Source of the DNA: an uncultured Porphyromonadaceae bacterium
GTDB lineage: Bacteria; Bacteroidota; Bacteroidia; Bacteroidales; Muribaculaceae
Reading direction: 5' to 3'
DNA length: 64,000 nucleotides
Assembly (NCBI GenBank): GCA_947174235.1
Contig: CAMWID010000002.1
Span: 62,833-126,832 of the forward strand
A model generated the notes under the pieces. It saw nothing but the letters and a program-made list of their open reading frames with translations. It was not told where the DNA came from and did no database searches. Shown here piece after piece: positions 27,373-37,268 of the stretch; positions within the stretch are counted from its first letter, which is position 1; every line of letters starts with the position of its first letter. The translations under genes and the position numbers were made by a program.

Positions 27373-29217
27373 TCAGATGTTGATTGAATATACTTTCAAA
27401 GATTCTATTCTTGCATTGCCGCTTTCAGTCTTTATGGATAGAGAGCTGTAAGGCTCGTGAGGGAATACAAGATTGGTCATTACGAACTTTCCGTCATTGC
27501 CGAAGAGCTCGATGCTTGAACGGTCGATAAATATCCTGAGGTTTACTTTCCCGTTCTGTTCGAAAGTGGGGGAGACAGTCACTGCGGGGAAGTTTTCACT
27601 GAAATCCACCACACCGCTCTCCCTGCGGTCGAAATCCATCGTATGTTTTTGAGGGTCATAAGTCATTACGACTTTGTCTCCGGATTTGTTTGCAAGAGTC
27701 ATGATCACGGAAGTGGCGTTTTTTGAATCGAAAGAAGCGGTGATTTCGCAGATGCCGCCATTGGCGGAGGGGAGGGATACCGACATGCCTTTCTTGCCTA
27801 CCGATTTCCCGGATAGGGAAGCCACGGTTTTCCCTCTCATTTTCTCCAGTTCGGGCGATGGTACGGATGCCAGATAGATCTGTCCGTCGGGCTGTGTAAA
27901 GAGTTTCATTTCGCGGGGGAGAGTATTCGCGCTGCGGTACTGTGATGTCGGCACATCAGCAGCATATTGCCAGTTGCTCATCCATCCGATCACGGTACGG
28001 CGGTTGTCGGGAGCACCGCTCCAGCTCACGGTGGCGTAATGGTCTTTGCCGAAATCCATCCATTTGGTCGGGATGTTTCCATCAGCGTCGGTGTCGGCGG
28101 TGAATTTCTTGCCGTCGAACTCACCGACGAAATATTGTGTCGCGCTTCCTCCGAAAGGACCTCCGGGATTGAGATTGCAAAGGAGCACCCATTTTTGGCT
28201 GTCTGTGCCGTCGACAGGGAGTCTGAACAGATCAGGACATTCCCAGACACCGTCTTGAGCGCCGATACCTTTTCCGAAAGCGCTCTGGAGAGTCCAGTTC
28301 TTCAGATCGGGAGATGTGAAGAAAAGCATTTCATGGTCAAGGGCGTGGGCGAGCACAAGATTCCATTCCTTGGTATCTTCATTCCAGAACATGTTAGGGT
28401 CGCGTGCTTCTGTCTCAAGGGTAATTATAGGATTCCCCGGATATACAGAAAAAGTCTCTCCGTTGTCTGAGCTTGACGCGAGGCTCTGCATCTGGCTTGT
28501 GCCTGCAGAGGTATATAACGCGATAACTGCATCTTTCCCCATTCCGGCTGTATTTTCTTTGTCTATGACACAGCTTCCGCTGAATATGGATCCAAGTCCG
28601 TCAGGATATATGGCTAACGGATGGTGCTCCCAGTTTACAAGATCGGAAGAGGTGGAATGTCCCCACGTCATATTCTGCCATTTTGAGCCATAAGGGTTAT
28701 GTTGATAGTAAAGATGCCATATCCCGTCTTTATAAAACATCCCGTTGGGGTCATTCATCCATCCGTACATTGGAGTGTGGTGATATCGCGGTCGGTATTT
28801 TGTCTCACGGTCAGTAGAGTCGAAAGTGTCCGAGAGATGTATCCCTTCCCAGCACACCGCGTCTTTCGCTTCCCGTATCGAACTTCTTCCATGAGGCGCG
28901 ACGATATCAAGGATTACATTGTGTCCTTTATATTTTGATATGTCGAACGGGACGGTGTAATCAGTCTTTGACTGCGCGAGCCTTACATAAATGGTTTCGG
29001 CGATCTTGCCATCGACCAATACGTTGATGCGGGCGTCATCGATGCTTTCCTGTACAGGGAGGATAAGAAAATCACTGTCGCCTGTGACTCTTACAAGGGT
29101 GTTGTTCACTCCAAGATGATTCACTTCCACACCATCCGCAGCTAAGGCGGTGGATGGGATGATAAGAGAGGCGCCTGCCATGAGTGCGGCTGTGATTCGG
29201 TCAGTTATTTTTTTCAT
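27373..29217 (-). CDS. GH32 beta-fructofuranosidase/exo-fructanase with DUF4980-like N-terminus (periplasmic)
   Basis: Start trimmed to MKKITDR at 29217; WMNDPNG, RDPN, WECPD catalytic motifs intact. Confidence 0.93.
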   Translation of the reverse strand: MKKITDRITAALMAGASLIIPSTALAADGVEVNHLGVNNTLVRVTGDSDFLILPVQESIDDARINVLVDGKIAETIYVRLAQSKTDYTVPFDISKYKGHNVILDIVAPHGRSSIREAKDAVCWEGIHLSDTFDSTDRETKYRPRYHHTPMYGWMNDPNGMFYKDGIWHLYYQHNPYGSKWQNMTWGHSTSSDLVNWEHHPLAIYPDGLGSIFSGSCVIDKENTAGMGKDAVIALYTSAGTSQMQSLASSSDNGETFSVYPGNPIITLETEARDPNMFWNEDTKEWNLVLAHALDHEMLFFTSPDLKNWTLQSAFGKGIGAQDGVWECPDLFRLPVDGTDSQKWVLLCNLNPGGPFGGSATQYFVGEFDGKKFTADTDADGNIPTKWMDFGKDHYATVSWSGAPDNRRTVIGWMSNWQYAADVPTSQYRSANTLPREMKLFTQPDGQIYLASVPSPELEKMRGKTVASLSGKSVGKKGMSVSLPSANGGICEITASFDSKNATSVIMTLANKSGDKVVMTYDPQKHTMDFDRRESGVVDFSENFPAVTVSPTFEQNGKVNLRIFIDRSSIELFGNDGKFVMTNLVFPHEPYSSLSIKTESGNARIESLKVYSINI

Positions 29218-29388
29218 AAGTGGTTTAATTGATTTCTTAAAATTGATGAACCTTGAAAACATTCTTTTTACCATGCAGAGGCAGGAGGAGGACTCCATGC
29301 CGGAAAACTTATCAAAGGATGTCGGCTGATAGCCATGAGAAATTTTCACAATGCAAAACTACAATATAAAGGAAAGTCGCGATATAAC

Positions 29389-29417
29389 AAATGATGCGTT
29401 ATGTGTAAAAAATGTTG
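29389..29417. promoter_or_regulatory. Candidate HTCS binding site (AAATGATG...AAATGTTG, 21-bp period) between divergent promoters
   Basis: Lies between TAGTTTTG (minus, 29354-29361) and TAATTTTG (plus, ~29468-29475); similar pairs at 32363-32389 and 44125-44152. Confidence 0.45.
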
Positions 29418-29494
29418 AATGTCATAATAAATTATAGGAATTACATTTTTTTTCATAGGATTATGCTTAATTTTGCGGGAAATAACTGCATATC

Positions 29495-32236
29495 ATGAAA
29501 AAATTAATCGGCTTAATATTGACAGTCCTATCGCTTGCGGTCATAGTGTCATGTGGAACTGATAAAAAATACAGGATCGGAGTTTCCCAATGCAGTCAGG
29601 ATGACTGGCGTGCGAAAATGAACGATGAGATCAACCGAGAGATCATGCTTCACGAAGATGCGGCGGTAGAGATACGCTCGGCGAATGACGACAGCCGCAA
29701 ACAGATAGAGGATATAAGATATTTCGTGGATAATAAATTTGATATCCTCATAGTCTCTCCCAATGAGGCAGCCGCCCTCACGCCGGTGATAGAGGAGGTA
29801 TATAGAAAAGGTGTTCCGGTGATAATATTCGACCGCAATATCAACTCTGATTCCTATACAGCGAGGATTGGTGTGGATGACAAAGGTCTGGGTAAATCCG
29901 CTGCCCATTATGCATTGCATCTTTTGGGAAAGGAACCCAAGGCTATCGAGATTTTCGGTCTCCCCGGATCCACCCCGGCTGAAGACCGCCATTCCGGATT
30001 TGTGAATGAATTTACATCCCGGGGAGGTATACTGCTGGCAAGCGAGGCGGGAAACTGGAACAAGGAAGATGCCATCCCCCTTGTCGATTCGCTTCTCAGG
30101 GTTTACAATGATGTGGATCTTATATTCGCCCATAATGACAGGATGGCTATAGGAGCGTCGGAAGTGGCTTCAAAAGCAGGAAGGAGAGACATAAAGATAA
30201 TCGGTATAGACGCGGCTCCGGAAATCGGGATAAAGGCGGTGACGGACGGTGTGATAGATGCCACATTTCTTTATCCGACGGAAGGTCACAGGCTTATACA
30301 GACGGCATTGCATATATTAAAGGGTGAGCCTTATGAGAAGGAAACCTTGATTCCGGTATCGTCAGCCGTAGACAACACCAACGCCGATATCCTGTTGCTC
30401 CAGAATGAAACTCTCAATGCCGAGACCGGAAAAATGAAAGTCTTGAAGAGCCGTATCGACGACTATTGGGCGCAACATTCGTCGCAGACGTTTCTTTTTT
30501 ATGCCAGCATCGTCATCCTCGTGCTGCTTAGCGGCTTCCTTTTCCTTCTGTTGCGTACGTTCTGGATGAACAAGCGTCATCAGGCTGTCCTTCTTGACCA
30601 AAACAGGCTGCTTGAGGCGGAGAGGGACAAGCAGAAAGAACTGAACCGGAAGCTGGAGGAAGCCACACAGTCCAAACTTATGTTTTTCACCAACGTAAGT
30701 CATGACCTGCGCACACCTTTGACATTGATATCAGAACCGGTGTCACAATTGGCTGATGCCCCCAATCTTACGTCGCAGCAACATGCCCTGATGAAAATAG
30801 CTGATAAAAACGTCAGGATACTTCACCGTCTGATCAACCAGATACTTGATTTCAGGAAATATGAGAACGGGTTGCTGAAACTTCATCTGACAGAGATAGA
30901 TTTCAGCAAAGTTGTGGCGGACTGGATGGATTCTTTCAGGGAGATAGCCAGGAAAAGGGATATCCGATTCCATCTTGAGACACCCTCCGGAGGGGAACAG
31001 GTGAATATGGCAGTGGATGTAGAAAAGCTTGAACGTGTGTTTTTCAACATTGTCTCCAACGCTTTCAAATACACAAGAGACAACGGCGTGATCACGGTCT
31101 CCTATGCGTTGAGCGACAATAATCTCATATTGAAGGTAAGCGATACCGGCGAGGGTATAAGCGAACGTGATCTCGGAAATATATTTGACCGCTTTTTCCA
31201 GGTGGAACGCGTGCATCCCAAAGGCTCCGGCATAGGATTGTCGCTGGCAAAAGCTTTCGTCGAGCTTCACGGAGGCGAAATAAGTGTGGAAAGTGAAGTC
31301 AGCAAGGGTTCTGTGTTCACAGTGACGATACCCGTGATTCATGTGGCGGAAAAGGTAGAGAATGTCACAAAAAATATAGGAGCCGACACAGTGGAGTCGG
31401 AACTCGGTCAGATAGAGGGAGCCGCTGATTTTGATCAGAACAAACCTGTGCTTCTTGTGATAGACGATAATGAGGACATACGCCGGATGGTGGGTGAACT
31501 TATGGGTGACGACTACAATATAGTAACAGCCTCAAATGGTGCCGAAGGAATAAAAAGAGCCGCCAAGTATGTGCCGGATCTTATTATATGTGATGTCATG
31601 ATGCCGGTCATGAACGGACTTGAATGTTGCCGAAGGATCAAGGAGGAGGTTTCCACTTCACACATACCGGTGCTGATGCTGACGGCATGTTCGATGGATG
31701 AGCAGCGTGCGCAGGGATATGAAAGCGGTGCGGACGGCTATCTCTCGAAGCCGTTCTCGTCTCAGGTTCTCAAATCGCGTTGCACCAACCTTATAAAAAA
31801 CAGGATGCGCATAAAAGAGGTGTGGGGAAATCCTATGGTTGCCGCCGTGTCTGCGCCAAAGACAGAGAAGAATGACAAGAAGCAGGTATCAAAGTCTTTG
31901 GAGGTGGAGAATGCTTTTTATGCGAGGTTTCTTGAGATTTTTGATACGGAAATGGGTAATGCTGATGTGAGCGTCGACAGTCTCGCGTCTGAAATGGGTC
32001 TTGAGCGCACACAGTTTTACCGTAAGATAAAGGCACTTACCAACTATTCTCCGGTAGAGCTGATGCGTACGCTCCGTCTTAAGAAAGCGCGCACCCTTGT
32101 CACCGGGACAGACAAGACCATAAGCGAGATAGGCTATGAGGTAGGATTCTCCACTCCGGCGTATTTCACCAAATGTTACAGGGAGGCTTACGGAGAGACT
32201 CCTACGGAAACAAGGTCAAGACTCGGCGGAAGCTGA
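29495..32236 (+). CDS. Hybrid two-component system 1 (periplasmic sugar-binding domain-HK-RR-AraC), BT1754-like fructose sensor
   Basis: RIGVSQCSQDDWR sensor; H-box FFTNVSHDLRTPL; GSGIGLSL; receiver CDVMMP; AraC EVGFSTPAYFTKCY. Confidence 0.93.
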   Translation: MKKLIGLILTVLSLAVIVSCGTDKKYRIGVSQCSQDDWRAKMNDEINREIMLHEDAAVEIRSANDDSRKQIEDIRYFVDNKFDILIVSPNEAAALTPVIEEVYRKGVPVIIFDRNINSDSYTARIGVDDKGLGKSAAHYALHLLGKEPKAIEIFGLPGSTPAEDRHSGFVNEFTSRGGILLASEAGNWNKEDAIPLVDSLLRVYNDVDLIFAHNDRMAIGASEVASKAGRRDIKIIGIDAAPEIGIKAVTDGVIDATFLYPTEGHRLIQTALHILKGEPYEKETLIPVSSAVDNTNADILLLQNETLNAETGKMKVLKSRIDDYWAQHSSQTFLFYASIVILVLLSGFLFLLLRTFWMNKRHQAVLLDQNRLLEAERDKQKELNRKLEEATQSKLMFFTNVSHDLRTPLTLISEPVSQLADAPNLTSQQHALMKIADKNVRILHRLINQILDFRKYENGLLKLHLTEIDFSKVVADWMDSFREIARKRDIRFHLETPSGGEQVNMAVDVEKLERVFFNIVSNAFKYTRDNGVITVSYALSDNNLILKVSDTGEGISERDLGNIFDRFFQVERVHPKGSGIGLSLAKAFVELHGGEISVESEVSKGSVFTVTIPVIHVAEKVENVTKNIGADTVESELGQIEGAADFDQNKPVLLVIDDNEDIRRMVGELMGDDYNIVTASNGAEGIKRAAKYVPDLIICDVMMPVMNGLECCRRIKEEVSTSHIPVLMLTACSMDEQRAQGYESGADGYLSKPFSSQVLKSRCTNLIKNRMRIKEVWGNPMVAAVSAPKTEKNDKKQVSKSLEVENAFYARFLEIFDTEMGNADVSVDSLASEMGLERTQFYRKIKALTNYSPVELMRTLRLKKARTLVTGTDKTISEIGYEVGFSTPAYFTKCYREAYGETPTETRSRLGGS

Positions 32237-32263
32237 CCGAAAACTGACCGTAAGCGAAATTTG

Positions 32264-32315
32264 CGCTCCATGGATTTCCATCATTTTATGACCGGATTCC
32301 ATGGGGCGTTTTTTT
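32264..32315 (+). terminator. Terminator after HTCS1
   Basis: cgctccatgga/tccatggggcg stem followed by 7 T. Confidence 0.7.
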
Positions 32316-32470
32316 GAGACCGTAACGTCAGATTTTAATTTTTTCAGCTTTCTTTTGCACGAAATTGATGTGCGATGATATAAATGTTGCGTAATTTATA
32401 AAAAAACGTGCTTGCAATGAATTTTGATAGTACAGACAACATGAATTATATATGCCGGATTCTCCAGATG

Positions 32471-32631
32471 TTAATTTTGCGGCAGAATTTTAACCAAAAC
32501 TAACATAACATGAAAAAAGAAATCCTCAGCGCACTCATGATCCTTTTCACGGCGGTCATGATGCAGGCACAGGAGATCACTGTGCAGGGAAAGGTGATTT
32601 CGCGTGTGGACGACGAGCCGCTGATCGGCGC
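32471..32631 (+). repeat. 161-bp perfect direct repeat, copy 1 (-7 element, 5'UTR, first 40 codons of susC1)
   Basis: Base-for-base identical to 44512-44672 (offset 12,041); mismatches at both flanks. Confidence 0.95.
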
Positions 32632-35548
32632 GTCTGTGATATGTGAAGTCACAAAGAAAGGGACGTCAACGGATATTGACGGAAGTTTTACACTGAAGGT
32701 GCCGGAAGGAGCGTTGTTGAAAATATCTTATGTGGGATATACCTCTGCCGAAGTCAAGGCGGCTCCCGAACTGACGGTATATCTTGACGAGGATGCCGGA
32801 CTGCTCGACGAACTTGTGGTGGTCGGCTATCAGACGGTAAGGAAAGCGGATCTCACAGGTGCGGTGTCTGTGATGGACTTGAAAGATCCCCTCAGTGAAA
32901 ATTCCGGAAATATCATGAGCTCCATGGCAGGGAGACTGCCCGGTGTGAATGTAGTTCCTGACGCCGCTCCAGGCGGGACCGGCTCTATCCGGGTGAGGGG
33001 TATGTCGACTGCAAACTCAAGCAACGACCCCCTTTATGTGATAGACGGTGTGCCTACCGACAATATCAATATAATAAACCCCGGAGATATAGAGACAATG
33101 CAGGTGCTCAAGGATGCGGCTTCCGCATCTATCTACGGATCACGTGCGGCAAACGGAGTGGTCATAATCACTACCAAGCATGGGAAAGGTGACAAAATGA
33201 CGATAAACCTGAATTATGCACTGAGCGCCCAGACGGTGGCTAAACGCTATAAAATGTTGAATGCCGAACAATGGGGGCAGGCATATTGGATAGCGTCGCG
33301 CAATGCCGGAATGGAACCGTCGATCCCGCTTTATGGCAACGGAGACGTTCCCCATCTTGTGGAATATGTCAACGGCAATACAAATTTCCCGACAACCGAC
33401 ACCGACTGGCAGGATCAGGTCTATCAGACTGCATGGACCAACAATCTTACCGCCTCGGTATCAAACAATACGGAAAAGGGGGCAGTATTGTTCTCCATGA
33501 ACTATATCAATCAGACCGGCAATATCATATCTTCATTCTATCGTAGGTATTCCGCACGTATAAATTCGCGGTATGATTTTGGCAAATATATCACGGTAGG
33601 AGAAAACCTTGTTATAGCGAATTGGAAAAACAGAGGTGTGGACGTGACCGGCGACCGAGGAATCCCGTTCACTGCCATGAGCCAGCATCCCGCACTCCCG
33701 GTACGTGGAGTCAACGGGGACTGGGCACGTCCTCTCGAACTTATTGGCTCGGATCTCGCCAATCCTGTGCAGCTCATAGACAACGCCCGCGACAATGACC
33801 TTTCAAACTGGAGGATACTCGGCAACGCATATCTTGAAGTGAAGCCGGTGGACGGTCTTGTGCTTAAGACAAATATAGGAATAGAGCACAGCCAGTATTT
33901 CAACAATATGCTCGGCCGCAGAGTAAATCCCGGGGATGTGAACAGTATGAGTTCAGTTTACGGTCAGGGAGACACCTGGACATGGACCAACACGGCAAAC
34001 TACAATAAGACATTCTCCGACAGTCATCATCTCATGGCACTTATAGGTTCGGAGGCGATAGGATATACTTTCAAAGACCTTTCCGCATCACGTGAGGATT
34101 ACATGTTTGAAGACACTGATTTCATGCAGATCGGCGCAGGATCAGGCACCCGCAACAACGGAGGCGGGAAAACCCAGTGGAGCGTCTTCTCTCTGTTCGG
34201 CAAGATCGATTATAATTATTCCGACCGTTATCTGGCATCTTTTACAATACGAAGAGATGAAAATTCCAGATTCGCGAAGGGTAACCGTTCGGGTGTGTTC
34301 CCGGCTTTCTCTCTGGCATGGCGTCCTTCCGCAGAATCTTTCTGGCGTGGCAACACGGTGCTTACAGACATTAAGGTGCGTTATTCATGGGGTCAGAACG
34401 GCAATGCCAACATTCCGCCGCTTTATCCATCCTATTCCACATATATCTACAACACCGGGAACGGCGCATATGATATCTCAGGAACAAATTCGCAGACCAC
34501 ACCGGGCATAACCCTCGCTTCTTCCGGCAATCCGGATCTCAAATGGGAGACCACAACCCAGAACAATATCGGTGTCGATCTTCAGTTTTTCAACGGGGCT
34601 GTGAATCTGACGGCAGATTATTATATCAAGAAGACCACCGATATGCTCACTATTCCGCCCGCGCTGGATGTGGCGGGAGAGAATGCCGCTATATGGCTCA
34701 ATACCGGCAGCATGCGCAATAACGGATGGGAAGTGTCGTTGCAATATGTCAGTCCTTCTTACGGAGATTTCTCATGGAACGGCTCACTGAATGTCTCTCA
34801 ATATAAAAACAAACTTCTTAATCTCAATTCAGTCCAGAAGTTTATCGGCGGCGATGTCCGTCTGATTCCCGGAGAGGCAATGGGCGTTTATTACGGCTAT
34901 GTGTGTGACGGTATTTTCCAGAATGAGGCAGAAGTCGCCAACCATGCCCGCCAGACCGGGGCGGCTCCCGGACGCCTGATCTACAGGGATCTTGACGGAA
35001 ACGGAGTCATCGACGACAATGACCGCTGCATAATAGGCAATCCGAATCCTGAGGTTTCGTTAGGATTGAATCTCGCGTTTAAATATAAGGCTGTCACTCT
35101 TGACATGTTCTTTGCCGGAGATTTTGGGCAGGATCTTATCAATCACATGAAAAGGCAGCTGTATTCAATGAACTACGGCAATCTTACAACCAACAGAAGT
35201 GTGGATGTGCTCAATGCCTGGACTCCGGAGAACAAGAGTAGCGATATTCCAGCCCTCTCACTTACCGATGACAACAACGAAGCGAGATTCTCTTCATATT
35301 ATGTGGAAAACGGATCGTATATGAAGATGAAATATCTGAAACTTTCGTATTCATTTCCTGAAAAGATTGCCAATACTATCGGAGGAAGAGGTATAGATGT
35401 CTACGGACAGATCGAGAACGTGTTCACTCTCACGAAATATAAAGGGCTTGATCCCGAATTGCTCCCGGGGACATACGGGTCACTCACTGACAACGGTGCC
35501 TATCCGCGTCCAAGGACGTATACAATAGGAGTCAATATCCAGTTCTAA
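32510..35548 (+). CDS. susC: SusC-like TonB-dependent transporter, fructan module 1
   Basis: PLYVIDG, LKDAASASIYGSRAANGVVIITTK, ends GVNIQF. Confidence 0.95.
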   Translation: MKKEILSALMILFTAVMMQAQEITVQGKVISRVDDEPLIGASVICEVTKKGTSTDIDGSFTLKVPEGALLKISYVGYTSAEVKAAPELTVYLDEDAGLLDELVVVGYQTVRKADLTGAVSVMDLKDPLSENSGNIMSSMAGRLPGVNVVPDAAPGGTGSIRVRGMSTANSSNDPLYVIDGVPTDNINIINPGDIETMQVLKDAASASIYGSRAANGVVIITTKHGKGDKMTINLNYALSAQTVAKRYKMLNAEQWGQAYWIASRNAGMEPSIPLYGNGDVPHLVEYVNGNTNFPTTDTDWQDQVYQTAWTNNLTASVSNNTEKGAVLFSMNYINQTGNIISSFYRRYSARINSRYDFGKYITVGENLVIANWKNRGVDVTGDRGIPFTAMSQHPALPVRGVNGDWARPLELIGSDLANPVQLIDNARDNDLSNWRILGNAYLEVKPVDGLVLKTNIGIEHSQYFNNMLGRRVNPGDVNSMSSVYGQGDTWTWTNTANYNKTFSDSHHLMALIGSEAIGYTFKDLSASREDYMFEDTDFMQIGAGSGTRNNGGGKTQWSVFSLFGKIDYNYSDRYLASFTIRRDENSRFAKGNRSGVFPAFSLAWRPSAESFWRGNTVLTDIKVRYSWGQNGNANIPPLYPSYSTYIYNTGNGAYDISGTNSQTTPGITLASSGNPDLKWETTTQNNIGVDLQFFNGAVNLTADYYIKKTTDMLTIPPALDVAGENAAIWLNTGSMRNNGWEVSLQYVSPSYGDFSWNGSLNVSQYKNKLLNLNSVQKFIGGDVRLIPGEAMGVYYGYVCDGIFQNEAEVANHARQTGAAPGRLIYRDLDGNGVIDDNDRCIIGNPNPEVSLGLNLAFKYKAVTLDMFFAGDFGQDLINHMKRQLYSMNYGNLTTNRSVDVLNAWTPENKSSDIPALSLTDDNNEARFSSYYVENGSYMKMKYLKLSYSFPEKIANTIGGRGIDVYGQIENVFTLTKYKGLDPELLPGTYGSLTDNGAYPRPRTYTIGVNIQF

Positions 35549-35564
35549 AAAATCAGAAAACAAT

Positions 35565-37241
35565 ATGAAATCTCTAAAACAATATATTAAAGAGACGGTC
35601 TTGATGACGGCGGCTGTCTCGTCAGGCTTCGCGTGCACGTCATGCGGCGATATGCTCGACACAAAACCGCAGGGTCAGTTCACCGCAGGACAGATTGGGG
35701 AGGATGAGGCTTCCGACCTTATGACTGCCGCTTATGCCACACTTCTTTGTCATTATTTCGGCAACAACGAGTCGTTTGCCGGTCCCATCAACAACTGGGT
35801 CATAGACCTTCGTTCGGACGATGCCCTCAAAGGTGGTGACGGAGTTACCATGGAAGGCTATATGCATCAGCTTGAAATAGGCAATGTGCAGAGCGACAAT
35901 GATGTCATAAATTTCAAATGGCGCAACAATTATTTTTCTATTTCGCGATGCAACACGGCGATCAAGGCGATTCTTGCGGCAGGTAGTCTTTCTGAATCGG
36001 CAAAAGCGGCGTATGTCTCGGAAATGAAAACGCTGCGTGCATACTACTATTTCGATATGTTCCGTCTGTTTAAGAAATTCCCTTATTTCGACGAGACAGT
36101 CGCAAATCCCTCTCAATGCCGTGCGGATGAATACAGCCGTGACCAGATAGCGGGTTTTATACGTCAGGATCTCAGAGATGCTTATGACAACCTTCCCGAA
36201 AGTCAGGAGCAGGCGGGCAGATTCAACAAATATGTGGCGGCATCTATTCTCGCGAGAGTAGATCTTTTCCTTTCCGAATGGGAAGAGGCTGAGAAATATG
36301 CGGGACTGGTGATATCATCCGGCAAGTATGAGCTTTATCCCAATTTTCTGGATATGTCGAAGCCGGAATATAACAACATGTATGAGTCTGTCATGGCGGT
36401 GCAGTTTTCTTCCGCCAATTCTCCGGATCAGTTCAATTTCAACAACTGTCTCAACTGCACATGGTCGGAAGGAAACCTTTATGGAAATGGAGATGATTTC
36501 TATCTTGCATCGCAAGACCTCGTGAACGCTTTCCGCACAGACGCCAACGGTCTTCCCTATCTTGAGGGGAATCAGAACTCCGAAAGTGTCCTTTCCGCCG
36601 ATTATGAAGGGAATGTGGATCCGCGCCTTGATTTTACCGTAGGAAGGATCGGGATGCCATGGCGGTCACACATGTATAATGAAAGATGGTGCCGCAATCT
36701 TGAACTGTATGGTCAGTATTCCGGCAAAAAGCCTTATCCGGCGCCTGAGTCTCCTTATGTAAAGCCGGGTATCGTGCCATGGGGCGCCTCTTCTCTGAAT
36801 TATATCATAATCAGATATGCCGACGTGCTCCTGATGAAAGCCGAGGCGCTGATAGAACAAGGCAAAGATCTTGATGAGGCGAGAAATCTCGTGAATATGG
36901 TAAGGGCAAAGGCGGCGAGGTCGGTAGATCCCCGGTATGAGCCGATAGATATCAATCCGCAGATCGCCAATTATGCGGTTGGGCAATATTCCGCGACATC
37001 CTGGAATCAGGATTATGCTCGCAAGGCTGTGAGGCATGAGCGTCGTGTGGAACTTGCCATGGAAGGTCTCAGATGGTTTGACCTCCTGCGCTGGGGAACC
37101 GCCATCGAGACTGTCTCAAAATATTATCAGTTCGAGACAGCTTTCCAGCCGTATTATTCTTCGGCAAGTCTTTCGGAAGATGAGTTGTATTTCCCTATTC
37201 CACTCAACCAGAAAGACAACGCCGGTGACCTTTATAATTAA
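35565..37241 (+). CDS. susD: SusD-like lipoprotein, fructan module 1
   Basis: Lipobox CTSC; RSDDALKGG, DPRLDFTVG, IRYADVLLMKAEA, ERRVELAMEG. Confidence 0.93.
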   Translation: MKSLKQYIKETVLMTAAVSSGFACTSCGDMLDTKPQGQFTAGQIGEDEASDLMTAAYATLLCHYFGNNESFAGPINNWVIDLRSDDALKGGDGVTMEGYMHQLEIGNVQSDNDVINFKWRNNYFSISRCNTAIKAILAAGSLSESAKAAYVSEMKTLRAYYYFDMFRLFKKFPYFDETVANPSQCRADEYSRDQIAGFIRQDLRDAYDNLPESQEQAGRFNKYVAASILARVDLFLSEWEEAEKYAGLVISSGKYELYPNFLDMSKPEYNNMYESVMAVQFSSANSPDQFNFNNCLNCTWSEGNLYGNGDDFYLASQDLVNAFRTDANGLPYLEGNQNSESVLSADYEGNVDPRLDFTVGRIGMPWRSHMYNERWCRNLELYGQYSGKKPYPAPESPYVKPGIVPWGASSLNYIIIRYADVLLMKAEALIEQGKDLDEARNLVNMVRAKAARSVDPRYEPIDINPQIANYAVGQYSATSWNQDYARKAVRHERRVELAMEGLRWFDLLRWGTAIETVSKYYQFETAFQPYYSSASLSEDELYFPIPLNQKDNAGDLYN

Positions 37242-37268
37242 CGAGTTATTCAAATTGATGCAGACGAT